Assembly (NCBI RefSeq): GCF_009914755.1
Contig: NC_060929.1
Direction: 5' to 3' (one strand)
DNA from: the human T2T-CHM13v2.0 reference genome, Homo sapiens
DNA length: 64,000 bases
Numbering within the stretch: the stretch's first letter is position 1; each line of letters starts with the position of its first letter. A program made the position numbers and the translations under genes. This document shows, one piece after another, positions 42,050-55,977 of this stretch. A model generated the notes under the pieces. The model was not told the origin of the DNA, searched no databases, and saw nothing but the letters and a program-made list of their open reading frames with translations.

Positions 42050-45000
42050 GGGTAGAGAGGTGTAGGTTCTTGGAAACCACTTTCTCCTGTCCCCAACTTT
42101 TTTATTTTATTTTAATTCTATTTTATTTTTAAATCCAAAGTTTAATCCAATTTGCCGAGGACCTTAGCTATGATGTGGAATCAAAAGTCACAAGTGGGAG
42201 AATGGGAAAGTGAGGCCAGATCCACCCGTGTGTTTGGCTATAGGATTTCGGGGAGGTCACAGGCTCATTGGGAGTGTCTGAAACTATGATCGTTTTCTGT
42301 TTTTGTTTTTTCTTTCTCTGAATCTTAATCAACTACAGGTTCAACCCCTTTCCTTCTGGCTGCTCCCCCAGGTCTACCCAAGTGCGGGGTTCCCCCTGGG
42401 AAGTTTCCCTCATTGCTCAGATCTGGGAGTGACCCCCGATTGGTGCTTAGGTGAATGACTGAAGCTCAGCCAGATGTCATTCTTGCTGGATTTGCACAGG
42501 TGCCAGCACTCCTCAGCTCAGCTGCTTCCATCACTCACACTAGTCCTTCCTCCCACCTGTTCAGTCCTTGAGGCTGATATAGTAATTGATGGACCTACAG
42601 GCCTAAGTTTGGGTGGAGGCTGAAGATGACCCAATTAACTGGTAGCATCCCCAAGAGAGGACCCTCAGGCTGTGGCTGAGACCCACTCCACAAAGAAGCC
42701 TCCCCAACCAGCGACTGCTGCTCAGATCATGCACCTCAGTATAGTCGCTGACTGCAGCAGATCTCTGAGAGGATGAGATTCAGCATTTTCTCCCCACTTG
42801 GGTTTGCCACCCTGGATCAGCACCATCCCCTGAGGGCATGCCTTGGACATGCAATTGCATGAGGAGAGGTAAGACTGGCAAGCCCAAGGAGTGATGCCCA
42901 TCCTGGTTAGAGGGAAAACCGCCTCTGATGGCTGTCCTGACAAAGGCAGGGCAGTCCTGGAGTATTGTGGCATGGATGCCGATGGCACCATTCCTCCAGC
43001 CAGTCCAGCCCTTCAATCTCTTTTACAATATCTTTCAGCCTCCCTCAGATTCCCCAGCGACAGGGCAGCATCCTGGGCAGCTCCGTTCTACTTCAGCCAT
43101 TTGCTAACACTGCTGACACAGTTCATCATCCTTTTGTTGACACCTCAGTGCCGCTCCGACTGCAATGCTGCTGGCAGGAAGATTGAGAAGCCTTGCCCCA
43201 GGAAGTCTCCCTTTTCCTACTCCAGCAGTGCTGGCCCTGAGCCCCAGCAGAGTATCGCTTAGCAAAGTCATCTTCCACTTGCCAAAGTAAACAAATGGAG
43301 CACTTTATAATAACATGCCCTTGACTCTATGGAGCATTGCCCCAATTCTGAGTGAAGCTGCAAAGCTGAGTGCCTTCTGTGGTTCCCATGGCACTGGACA
43401 AAAGGCAAGCTTCTGGGGATGCCTACAGTAGCCTCTGTTTATTTCATTGACTGGATATTGGCATTTCCAGTATCTTCTCTTTGCCTCTCTCTTTCCTCAG
43501 ATGTAAGAGTCTGAAATCTTGACCTTAGTTTCTTCGCTCTGCTATTTAGCAAACCGGACATTTAATCTTATTTGATCTTATGTGTTGTAGTTTGTGGTTA
43601 AGTAGGAGATACCAATCTTCTAAACAGAAAAATATGTTAGCTGCTGAAAGAAATATATATTTTTTTTGTTTCCACCACTTGGTCTTTGTTCTTTTTCTCT
43701 CTGCTCCTTTTCCACCACTAGAAAGCACTTAGTGTCTGCTTGGTTTGGGTCATAAAATTGCTCACTTGGACTGTGTTCACAGCAGCTCTGACAGTGTTTC
43801 AGCCACATGTCCTCAACTTTCTCTCAGTAAGCTGTTAGCAGATGATCTGCCTACAATGAGAAGCTGAAACCCTCCCTACAGCCAGCTGATCTGCTCTCCG
43901 TGAAGCCTTTGCTCTTAAAGGACAACCACAGCATGATTAACAACAGCCAAGTTCAAAGGAGCTGAAGATGGATTTCTGGCTCTCCGGATCCGGCTGCTGA
44001 GAAAGCAGGGTCCCTTGGCAGGAAGCTCTTGCAGGGCTTCTCCTCCGAAGCAGGAAAGACTAGGGAAAAATGCATAGAAATGCAGTTCTGAGCTTCTCAC
44101 CCTCACCAGAAGGTTACAGAGGCTCATGCAGTTCCCAAATCTATGAGCTCTTCTTAATTATAAGGAAATGCTATAGGAGGAATGCAGATCAGCTGAGTGA
44201 GAGACAGAATTCGATGCAGGCCCTAGTTCTTTTCTCCCCCTGAGCCAGGCCGTGTAATGCTGTGGACATTTTCAGTTAAGATATTCCAGATGTGGAAGCA
44301 GTTAGATTGTGAGATGGACCATACATCTGATCGAAAATCAAATGACATTTTCTGAAAGAAACAGCTGTGATCTACTTTATGATGCTACATGGCTGAGAAT
44401 ATTAATAATTCTCACTCTCTCCTATGATTATGACAGAAATGTTTCCAAGGTGCCATTTTCACAGCTATCAATTTACCTTAAAGGGAGTGAAATGTGGGAG
44501 AAATTCTTTAAAAGTTTTTAAAACCACGTCATTCTTCAAAAATTGGAAATTGAAAAAAAAACATCATCTAAAATATATTTCCCCCTTAAGTTGTACCTTT
44601 TATAGTTCTCTAAATAAAATCTGATTATTAAATGAGTACTACAGTAACCACATAACCTACTTGATATCCCCAAATAAAGTGATTGTAAATCTGTAGAGGA
44701 GAGGGAAAATTAATAATTTATATATTTCAATTTCCATAACATTTTGTTACTCCCTTATCCTCCATAGATTCCAAATTTGCACCCGAAGGTATTAAAAATT
44801 CAAAAATGTATCTATTATCACAACTAAATAGAAACTCAGGACTGAGTGAATATAAGGAAAAAATGCTCTGATAAACTGTCATAAAGAAAAGAGTAGGAAA
44901 TGGGGTTGATCTCAATCTTGTCCCCTCCAAAGTGTGGGTGTGAGTTTTAGAAAATACAAGATTTCTTTTTTGCCAGCACAGTCCTCCAAGCCTTGAGTGG

Positions 45001-46974
45001 CTCTGATGATTGCCAAGAAAGAAGAGGTAGTGCTGGACAAAGCCGCACATTGTAACCAGTTGGTTGTGTAGAGCATGTTCTTTCTGGCATGTCTCGCAGA
45101 GCCTCATTTCTTCCTTTGTAAACCAGGGATAAAAATACTTCACAGACTTATCTTGTGGTTTAGAAATAATATAGTTAACACGCCTGTCCTATACACCAAG
45201 TATCAAAGAGGTGGTTGATAAATGGCAGCTCTCCTGATAATCATGACTTTGGACACAAAAGCAAACCAATTCTATCGTGGCTACACGCTGCCCCAGAACC
45301 TGTCCTCTGAAAGCCCTGTTGCTCTAGGATGAGAGAAAGTTGCTAGTCACTCTCAGAATACAAAAACTCTGAGGGCAGACTCAATCTACCTGGTTTGTTG
45401 ACTGACAAGTGCTTTGTCCAGCAGTCAGTGGGAGGGCTTTCAATTATATATTCTTCGTGAAGGGCACTCTAATTTTACTTAATGTGAAACTGCAACGAAA
45501 TAGAGATACTTTCATGGATATGCTCCCCAAGAACAAGGCTTTTCTTAACCAAGCTGTCCTGGCAGCTGAGGAAGGAGTATGGGATTGAAGGAAGAGCCTA
45601 GGGTTTCTGGGTATTGGTATGAGGTGTCAGGACACTAGGGATGTAGTTTCAGTCCTAACACTAAGAATGGTACCATGTCTTTATATAGGGCTTTCCAGGT
45701 CAGAGAGACCCTACATACGCCTGGCCTGACTGAATCTTCCCCTGTAAGATATCAGGCCAAATAGCACCAGTCCCATTTTATAAATATCCAACAGTTTAAA
45801 GAGTTAACAGACTTTGCGAAGATCACACAGATGAACGGAGGCAGGGTTAGAATTCAAACCCAGATCTTTCCTTTACAGAGTACTTCATCTGCAGATTGTT
45901 CGTCCTTCTTGCTCAGGACTCTATTCATAAGGCTCTACTTTTTCCTTCCAATTTTTAGTTGTATGGAACTAGAAAATTATTTGGCTTAACACACAAGTTC
46001 TGTGGTAAATTCTGTTTCTACCAAGCTGTGTAACTTTGGGCAAGTCACTTAAGCCCCCAGAACCTTAACATCTTCATTAAATGGTGACAATAAAGATAGT
46101 ACTCAAAATTATGAAGATTAGAAGCAATAATGCATGCAGAGTTGTTATTATGGTATATGCACTGGTTCTAGCCTTTGGAGTAACTCCTCCCCCTCCCCCT
46201 TCACAATAAATCTTTGATGTTGAAATTCCAACAAATATTGATGTCTAGTAAGGGATTTGAGGGCTATAGCTTTTAAAACATAGTATATTTGCAAAACCAC
46301 AACATTCAAGTGATGTTGTGAGAGTACGTTTATTATTTGTGTGTCCAAGGAAAATGATATTTTACCCCTTTGGTAAGTGTAAAGTAAGAAGACAGCCTTA
46401 AGGCCTGTTTGGATGTTATGAATATCAATGCATCTAAAGAAACACTTGCAGGACCTGTCTGTCCTGCTGTGACTTCATCCTACATGCCAATGTCTTTTCC
46501 ATTTTCTCCATGAAGACTTAAAACAAAACAACCAATATTTACCAGGCACATCATAATTCTCTTAGATTTACAGCCATTAACTTGGATAGTAAGCACAATT
46601 GCAATCTTTGGAGCATCTCAGAGATCTCGGTCAAATCCTTTAATATTTTTGCAGATACTTTTAGTTCTCTTCTCTTCTCCTCTCCTCTTTTCTTCTGTTC
46701 TTTTTCTTTCCCTTAATAGGGTGAGGCTGCTTGGTTCCAGATATCTGGTCTCAAATTCCCATAAATTGGTAAAGAAAAAAGTATTTAGAGACAGGATGGG
46801 ATGAATTCCTTTCACTCCTTGACCCCAAAACCTCTGTTATCATGGATATTAATTTTTCAGTTTCAGACTTGGCAATTTATCAAACCTATTCTGGAAGGGA
46901 ATCTTTACTCACCAATACCAACGTAAGTAGAATGCAGACAAATGCATAAAGACCTCTAGATAAAGAGAGGCTAA

Positions 46975-47130
46975 ATTGTTGTAGTTAGGACTAGTGACTC
47001 TGGAGCCAAATTGTCTGGGATCACCTAACTAGCTGTGTGACCTTGGACAAGTTACTCAAGTTCTTTATACTTCAGTTTCCTTATCTGTGAGATGGAGATG
47101 ATAATAAGAGAACCTACCAATTGCTTCTTA
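46975..47130 (+). mobile_element. MIR SINE
   Basis: gactctggagccaaattgtctggg...ctagctgtgtgaccttggacaagttact...cagtttccttatctgtgagatgg. Confidence 0.85.
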
Positions 47131-47279
47131 CAGGAAATTTACATATTTCCATTGAGAGATCTTTGATCAAATTCAGTGTGGTGTCCACTAGCATTTGGAA
47201 GGATAAGTGCAATCTAGCAGAGAAAAAACATGACCTTTGAGTCAAGAGACCTGAGTCAAGTCCTCTACCTGATTCACGG

Positions 47280-47640
47280 ATCAAACCGTTCAGCACAGTA
47301 TTCAAGGCTTTTTACAATTTGACACCAACCTACATTTTCAGCCATGCTTGCTGTCACTTCTTCTCCTTGTGATTTGGTCATCAAACTATTTGCAATTGCC
47401 CAAAATATCAGGGATGTACAACTTACCCTCAGTCCGTCCGTACTGTCTCTCAGAATCCCCTCCCTACTCTCTGCCTACTTGTTCATTAACTGCTCCCCCT
47501 TCTGGCCATGGCTGCATTTTGTCTGTCTCCTCCACTAGACTGTGCTTAGGGAGACCAGAGAATACTCACCTTTTCATATTGGTGCCTGGTATAGAGCCTG
47601 GCACATAGTGGGTGAGCAACAGCTATTTTTAAGTAACTAA
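47280..47640 (+). mobile_element. L2 3' fragment
   Basis: gtattcaaggctttt...tgtctgtctcctccactagactgtg...gagcctggcacatagtggg. Confidence 0.7.
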
Positions 47641-49134
47641 AAGATTAAATTAGTGTCTTTTAGTTAAGTCTCTTAAGAATGGTGACCATAATATGTCTCC
47701 TTTCTACTTTAAAAAAATATGTGAGGGCATCTGAAAGTAAAGTAATAATATACTTTATTGCCAGTAATATAATGACTCACTAAAGACATGAATGTAATTT
47801 AGCCTTAGGCCATTCTTACATTCCTTTGAAAGCCTGGAAAAACGTTCAAGTGGCAATTACTTGATGTGTCCCTGAAAATACCAGTGCAAATTCCTTTGTT
47901 AATAGAGTATCTGTCCTCTGACAATCAAATAGGGACGTGTTGCAAAGTGAGTCCCCCATTGGCCTTGTTCTTAGACAGGTTGTAAATCCCTGAAGACTTC
48001 TCATAGTCAGCTGTGTCTGGGTAAATCTTGTTCCCATAGGACACTGGGGAGAAGAGAATGTCTGAGCTGGCCATTTCCTCCAACTGGCTCTGAAAGGAAC
48101 ACCAATTACCAGTCCACCTTGTTGACATGTTACCTCAAATGCTTTCTTGTTTGAGAACAATTCTTTCAGAAAGACTGAGCTGTCCTTTTCTATAGGCAAT
48201 AGAGAAGTGGATGGATTCTTATGCCATAGAACTTAGGATCTTGGCAAAATATAGCTAAACTCCTTTAGGTACCTTTAAATATCTGGTTATGCCAAGGGTG
48301 ATAGTGGCTACAGCAGATGTCTTGCTCAGCAGAACATTGTGTTGAGTGTGTAATTAGAAAGACCAACTGGATGGAAGAAAAGAGACAAGGAACCAAGATT
48401 TCTTGAGCTTTCTATCATGGCCAGGGAAAGATAGTTGGAATTATTACCCTGAATTTGAAATCATCACAGGAAGGCAGACATCATTCTTTGTGCCAGAACT
48501 TTGGACCCAATGTCATTCTTCCTATCTGTGGCCTGAAGGAGAGGGGTAGAGAAACCTACTTAATGAAACTCCAGTGGTTGGAGGTGTTAATACAGATCTG
48601 ATGGGTCTCTGTGCTCATCGAAGACTGCTTTGCTAGTAACTTGTCAAACATCCATTACAAAGCAATAATTCATAGGAAAGAAGCAAAGTATTAATAAGAA
48701 TTATTTCTTGAATATGGTTTACTAGTAGCAAAGCTCCCCTTTTCATTTAGTGGGAAAGCATGAGAATTTTGAGCCATTACCAAAAGCTCAGCATTGCTAT
48801 ACTAAATATTTAGGGCAGGTAGTTGAGCTTTCCCTCATTGAACCATTCTCTTTGTTTGGTAACCTTGGTGTTGCAAATCAAGATCGAGAAAGTCGGATTG
48901 ATTTTTTGAGGGTCACAGTAGTCACCAAAAAACAAAAACAAAAACAAACCCAACAACAAAAACAACACAGCTCTAATTTTTATTGGTGGTAACAAGAAAA
49001 AATCATTGTGGGAGGGACATGTGTGTTTCTTAGAAATATTGTTGTATGGGACAATGTTTTCATGGTACTTAAAGGAATGTGTATTTCAAAGGCTAATTGT
49101 GTGAAACTTTTCTCTCAAAAGAAGATCAGAATGT

Positions 49135-49232
49135 TGCGCCGTTGTATTCCAGCCTGGGTGACAAGAGTAAAATTTCTGTCTCAAAAAAAAAAATAATAAA
49201 TAAAATGAAAAAAAAAACATAAAAACACACAC
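49135..49232 (+). mobile_element. Severely 5'-truncated Alu (last ~48 nt plus tail)
   Basis: tgcgccgttgtattccagcctgggtgacaagagt...tctcaaaa with a perfect 16-bp TSD AAGAAGATCAGAATGT at 49119-49134 and 49233-49248. Confidence 0.93.
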
Positions 49233-51428
49233 AAGAAGATCAGAATGTAATGTTATCTTACTCTTGAGTTGGAAAGTATCCTGGCCTGAGAGTATATAAT
49301 ACTCAAGTGAGAAGTTGAGATGTTTAGCTATGCCTTGCATCTTATGATGAGGATGGGGATGGGCCACTTTCCTAAGGGAGCAGGGCTTTGGGATTTCTAA
49401 TAAGCAGCAGAGGGTACTTACAGGATGCCTTAAGAGCTGTGCTGAAGTTTCAGCCTTAGTGTCTGGGTTATTTAGCATTATTCTTCAAAGACACTCCTAC
49501 CTTACCAATCCTATTACCCCAGTGGAATAATGCAATCTAATTCCAGTTTCAAAGGATTTCCTGGTAGCCATAAAGAACATAATTCTAAGAAATAGAAAAA
49601 ATACATTTGTGAGAATCAAAAGATTTTTTAAACAACCTGGAAGAATCTTCACAAATTCCAAAGACTCAACCCACCAGCCTTACACATGACAATGCTAGCA
49701 GTAGAAGAAAGACCTTAAATTACCCACTGAAAAAGATCATGTCTTATGCATCTCTATATGTCGACTTTCTAGTAAGGCACCTGATACAACATGGGGTCTC
49801 AATAAATATTGACTTGAATTCAAGTGATACTCAAAGATGATAACATCACATCTTTGGAGACATATACTTAATCACCCTTTGAAGAAAGTGACACAAATAT
49901 AATAAGTTTCCTGACACCCTTCTTCCCCAGGACACTTGGTTATCTATTAAAGGATTTTCCTGGTGAGAGAGCACTTACAAATGCTAAAGGCTGCCAGAGA
50001 GTTCATTATGTGTTTGAATTTCTGTATGTGTGTAAAATCGGGAAACATGTTATTTATTCATACTAACTTGGACTTTATTAAATGAGAAATTCAGCCAAGA
50101 TTCACAGGAAATATATGTAATATATATATAAAATATAAGATAAAAATCTTAAAACCGGAAAGGACTTATGAAGATGCTAGATTTCTGGGAAGAAGTTCCA
50201 ATCTTCAACTATGCTAAAAGATAAGAGGTGGGGGAGGAGGGAGAAGGAAAATTCTAGATAATACCAAACTCCAAGACCTACAGTTAGTCCATAGCCAGAA
50301 ACTTGGAAGACATGTTATGACTAACATTACCCATGTCACTGTAAACCACAATTATTAGCCAATATATTATTTGCTGTTGGCAACAAAACCAAATTGTTGG
50401 CTTCTTCAAAGAAAGTAAGTAGACAGTTCATTCTTTGCCTAAAAACTGTTCGGCTATCCTCTGCCAAATAGAACCATTTCAAACAAGCACAGCATCCCTT
50501 CTATATCTGTATGAAAATCTCAACTCTCAGAAAACAATGAAATTGGATGTTAGAAGACTGGGCAGTGGTGAACTGAATCCTGGAACACACATCTAGCAAG
50601 TAAGGACTATGGGGGTTGGGCTGGGAGAAAGAAAAAGCCCCTAAAGAAGAACATACCAAAGATGATGACTTTTTATGTTCTCTATTTTGCCTCCAGGAGA
50701 ATAGGCAATGGAAGAAAAGAAGATCCTATCTCAGTGCAGAAAACTACATCAGTAGCATTCCTGTTAGAGGCTGATATTGAACTAGGACATGTCATTCTGC
50801 CCTCCAGCTGTAGGCCAGGACATTTAGAGCCCAGTACATATTGAACAGGTTTAAGAACACATTACATATGCTCAGTGTTCAAAAATATTGGGTCTAAGTA
50901 GATTGATTTTTATTCCTAGACGAGTAATCATGAAAAATAAGTAGCTTAGACAGTGAACAAAATTGTCTAACAAGAAAACTGAAACATCATCTTAATGTCA
51001 ATGTCAGAAAACTGTTTATCATCTTCAACTGAAATAGAAAATACTGTGGAAAAGGACAGGTAGCCATTATGAGATAAAAGTAAGGAAGGAAAAGAGTGCT
51101 GGGTTAGATTAAAAGGGGTTGTAGAGGAGCCAGAAATGAAATAATAGTACTAATTTGTCCACTGAAGGCAGTAAGGGGTAAAACTGACACTATAGTAAAC
51201 AGAATCAGGCACTTCTCAAAATGTAGATGACCTACATTATACACCCTAAAAGGATAAATGGGATAAAAGGTGGCGAATCTTAAGATATTAAAATTAAAAA
51301 GTAAAAAAATGAGAAATTTATGGTATAAAAAGACAATAGTTATGGACACAGAAATCAGATAACCATAGAACTGCTCAGGAATGTATTGTAAAGGATTATG
51401 TTGCTGAACAGATCACATAATTCACAAA

Positions 51429-52578
51429 AGAGAAGTCATATAATATGAAATATTTACTGACAGTAACATGAATAAAAAATGTTAAATTATTCTTACCAAT
51501 ACTGAGGAAAGGTTGGAAGGAAGTAAAAATGGATTAAATTTCTTTTGATGGGGTTATTCAAAGATAACATTTCATTTTGAAGTTGATTAGAAAACTGTAT
51601 GGTCATGTCTTTGACTTTGCTAAGTATAAGATATGGATAGAAATGTCTTGGAAACTTTAAGTGTAACCACTTGTAGAAATAAAAAGAAGGGTGACGAGCT
51701 TCTCAATTATTGAAAAAAATTAAAAGTAAACCCAAATCATAGTCCATATGGCAAAAGAGAGATCAAACAGAAAAGACAAGAAAGTATGAAAATTATTTTT
51801 CTAAAAAAAGAAAGAAGATCAAATTAATATAATTTTGACTGTCATAACTGATGTAAAATTCTAAATGAGGGAAAAATACTTCCATAGTCAAATACATTTT
51901 AGAAATACTGGGTTAAACTCAGTTGAACTCATCTCTTTGTTGCAGATCTCATCTTAATATGTTAATATGAATTAAGAATGCCTGGGAGAGAGAATTTTCA
52001 TTTGTCGCATTTCCCAAGTTTATTTTATTAGCTTCCACATAACACACTTTTAAAAATGTTATGTAAGAGGTGTTCTTCTTGAAATTGATATTAAGACAGG
52101 ACGCTCACTATTATCATTGTTATTTAGTATTAGAAGTTACGATCAATGCTGTAAGACACCAAATAAAAATTAGATGCAATTTTTGGAAGGAGAACAATTA
52201 TCATTATTTAAAGACACCATGATTATAAACTTTTATAATTAACTATGAACACTTATAATTAATTATAATCAGTTAAATAATCAGATAAAAAGTAAATATA
52301 CATCATTAATATTTATCCTGTAGTCCAGTAATACCAGAGAGGAGATAATGGAAGAAAAATCCATTCATAATTAAAAGCTAAAATTATAAAAGAAAAAAGA
52401 ATACCCCGTCAATAAATATGCAGGACCTATATGAGTAAGACTATAAAGGCTTAAAAAGAAGTATAAAAGAATTGAGTAAGTGGGAAAACATTCAATGCTT
52501 CTTGATGGGCTGACTCAATATTAAAAAGAATGTCTGTTCTCCTGATTTAACACATTCCCAATCAAATTACCAATGGGA

Positions 52579-52613
<35 letters not shown>

Positions 52614-52698
52614 GAGAAGTCATGTAATATAAAATATTTACTGACAGCAACTTGAATAAAAACATCTTATTCTCCAAAAACTGAAAAATGGTTGGAAG
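51429..52698 (+). repeat. ~86-91-bp dispersed direct repeat (51429-51519 and 52613-52698)
   Basis: agagaagtcat(a/g)taatat(g/a)aaatatttactgacag...ggttggaag in both copies. 4 mismatches in the first 50 bp. Confidence 0.92.
52582..52610. repeat. (TG)14 microsatellite
   Basis: Counted directly. Confidence 0.95.
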
Positions 52699-53029
52699 AA
52701 ACACACATACACATATATACATGTATTTACACACATGCATATACACACACGTATGCTTTTGTGACTTTTGAAATTATTTTAGAGTTTACTTGGGAGGACG
52801 CATTGGCAAGAATAGGTAAATCAATTTTGAAAATGAAAAGTGATGAGAGGATGCATGCATTACCAGTTTAGACGTTTCATTAAACTCAAAACCAGTGTGG
52901 TGTTGGCCCAAGAATTGATATAGCAATAAAACTAATTAGATTATTCTGGAATAGACGGTATGCTATGAATAAGAACTTAATATACACTGAAGCATTGCTT
53001 GTCCAGTGAAAAGGGATGAGTTATTCAAC

Positions 53030-53134
53030 ACATCCTCTGCCCAACATCATTGTCTTTCTCTCGGACTGCCGCAGCCTCCCCAGTGGCCTCCTGCTCACAC
53101 TTGACCACCACCCTGCCCTGCTCCTTCACACACC

Positions 53135-53169
<35 letters not shown>

Positions 53170-53530
53170 TCCATGTTCTGGGGAAAGAGGACCTTTAACA
53201 TTTAGGACACTGAACAACACTTTCACACATACTGTTTCCTCTCTCTAAATTCATGTTGCCATTTTCCTTCATTCTCAGCTAGAAGGTTGTTTCCTTCCAG
53301 AAGCCTTCCCTTATCCCCCAGGTCCAGATCAGGTACTTCTTCCCACCTGTATTTCCTCTTGCATAGCTTGTAGTATACTATTTTATAATGACCTGGTTTT
53401 GTTTGTCTATCCCCTCATTAAATTGTAATCTCTAAGTGGCAAAACCACCTGCACCTTGTTTTTCTGTCTTACCTCTTGTGTCTCGCTTAGTGCTGAACAC
53501 AAAACACTCAATAAGGATGTGTTGAATCAA
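53030..53530 (+). mobile_element. L2 fragment containing a (CG)3(CA)~14 tract at about 53137-53169
   Basis: ggactgccgcagcctccccagtggcctcc, ccttccagaagccttcc, acactcaataaggatgtgttgaat. Confidence 0.7.
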
Positions 53531-54839
53531 CAACTAAACTGTAATCACAAATGAAAAAAATGAACAAACTTCAAGCCACAAAAACTTATTTATTTGTCAA
53601 AAATACTTTAAACAAAATTAAAAGACCAACATCAAACTGGGGAAATATTTATAACAAGTATTATGGAAAATAGATTGCTATCTTTAAGATGAAAAGGGTT
53701 TATTTTTTAAAAATTAAGAATTTTTTTACATCTATTAATGATAAAAAAATTAAGAAAATGTTGAGAGTCAAATAGAAATCTTAATAATTAACATAAAAAG
53801 GAAATCAATAAAAGAAGTATGAAGGGTAGTGAGTGTATGAAAAAATTAATTATACCTAGTAGTCAAAGAAATGAAAATGAATATTATTTTAAACTTAACA
53901 AATTAGCAAAATCAGTACATCCATATGACGGAATGTTATACAAGCTTAAAAAACAAGTTTTCAGGAATGATTTATTGCTACTTACATACACATATATTAT
54001 TGACTATCATATAACACTAAGTAGAAAGAATTTGAAAAATATGTATACAATCTATTCCTGATTCTTTTTAAAAATGAGAGAGGAAAATATTTCACCATGT
54101 ATCAGTGTTTTTTTTTTCTTCTGGGTGATGAGATCAAGATGATACCGATTTTCTTTATTTCATTCTAGAATGCCAAAAAAATTATAAAAATTTTAAGCCT
54201 ATATAAGAATCCATTTTCCTAACCTTTCAGCAAATTTAGAAATCTATTCTGTAATATGCTGGACAGCTGGCATTTATATTCTTATGTAAAGTTACTTTCT
54301 TCCATCTCTTTAATGTACCAAATGAAATAAGCCTTTCTTAGATTTCACTTATCAAAGAAATGACTACTTTTTTTCTGGGGCAAAATGAGTAGAGAGGTAG
54401 TCAACAAAAATTAAAAAAAGCCTTCAAAGAAATCCAAAGAGTACTTAAGACCCACTGTTCAGAACTGAGCAGTCCTGGAGGATAAACCAACTAGCTTTAT
54501 CACTGGAAAGAATTCATGGAGATGAAATACCAAGTAGATGTTAATGAAAATTATGTCTATGGAATTCCTAAACAGAGGTTAATTAAAACTCCTTTCTCAT
54601 CTTCTGAAGTATGTGCCAGAGATCCCACAGTATTAAAAGTCACTGGGGAGTGTCAATCAAGCTGTGTGGCACAATATTCATTTCCACGATCCAGAAGGAA
54701 AACGTATTCACTGTGCCATGATGGTATATGGGCTTGGGCCACCTTCTAGCCTATAATCTAAAAAGCATGTGAGGTAAGCTACCATCATTGTTTATACTCT
54801 TATCAACTGCCTTAACCTCTGTATAAGTCTATAGGCATC

Positions 54840-55340
54840 TACTCTGGCCTCCCACAATATTCTCAAAAGAGTAGCCTGAGTGGTTCTTTTAAAAACTACG
54901 CACGAGATCATGCCATCCCTCCACTTCAAATGCCGAAAAGGCTTCCTCTTGCTCCTTGAGAGCTTGGGGACTGGTCTCTCTCATTCTCCAGCTTCTTCTC
55001 ATGTTTTATTCAGCTTGGCTCATACACACTGGGTTTCTTCATTTCCCTACATTGGCATGCTCCCTCCCACCTCAGTGCCTTTGCAGGTACTGAGAAAATT
55101 TTACCTTCCCATTTTGATCTTAAATCAGTCATCACTTTGACAGGGTTATTCTCCTACAGAATAATGTCTCTCTCCTTTGTTGTCCTTACCATACTTATAA
55201 ATGCAATTGAATTTGATTGAGATCTCTTTCCTCAATATATTAGAAGCTCTGTGTAGGCAGAAACCACTCAGCTCACTATTATTCCCTTAGCCTCCAGCAC
55301 AGTGTGCCTTAGGGTTTCAGAGATCTTTGTTTTATGAATT
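54840..55340 (+). mobile_element. L2 fragment
   Basis: gatcatgccatccctccacttcaaa, ctcccacctcagtgcctttgca, ctccagcacagtg. Confidence 0.65.
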
Positions 55341-55683
55341 TTGCAGAATCATTCCCAAAGATGACTATGATATATTTTAATGTGAACTTCTGTACAAGAC
55401 TTTCAATGACACACAGTTCCTTCTATAACTAATCTCAGTAAATTCATGCAAACTTTTCTCACAGAGTCAGGAGAGAAGAGGAGAGAATTCAGTGCAAGGG
55501 TAGATCTTCCCAGATCACAAGTAGAGTCCTGTCTGGGCAGCGAAGCTCAGTCTAGAGTTATTTAGCTCATTATGCTAAATTATATCCAAGATTTTCTCAT
55601 TCTACAGAAAGAATGTGGTTTGTGTAAACTACTTGCATGGTTAGTATCCATCAGAGACAAACTCTAACCAGAGATCTCTTCCT

Positions 55684-55977
<294 letters not shown>

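Larger units (their letters stand above)
52080..54190 (+). mobile_element. Ancient L1ME-like ORF2/3' remnants
   Basis: ttatttagtattagaag, gactcaatattaaaaaga, cattcccaatcaaattacc, acaaaattaaaagaccaacatcaaactgggg. Heavily decayed and interrupted. Confidence 0.7.

Noticed and set aside
42600-43262. GC-richer stretch with overlapping ORFs and a protein-like minus-strand peptide (LKDIVKEIEGLDWLEEWCH), considered as a pseudogene or ERVL gag relic
   Set aside because: I could not match it to any protein. It has in-frame stops and no poly-A or TSD. A tblastx or Dfam search would settle it.
43770-44370. Cluster of CAGCTG/CAGATG E-boxes as an enhancer
   Set aside because: 6-bp motifs are too frequent to support a call from sequence alone.
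47238-47258. Tandem AP-1 sites (TGAGTCA twice)
   Set aside because: Short motifs in MIR-like sequence. Several other TGA(C/G)TCA hits occur in the window, in line with chance, and there is no independent support.
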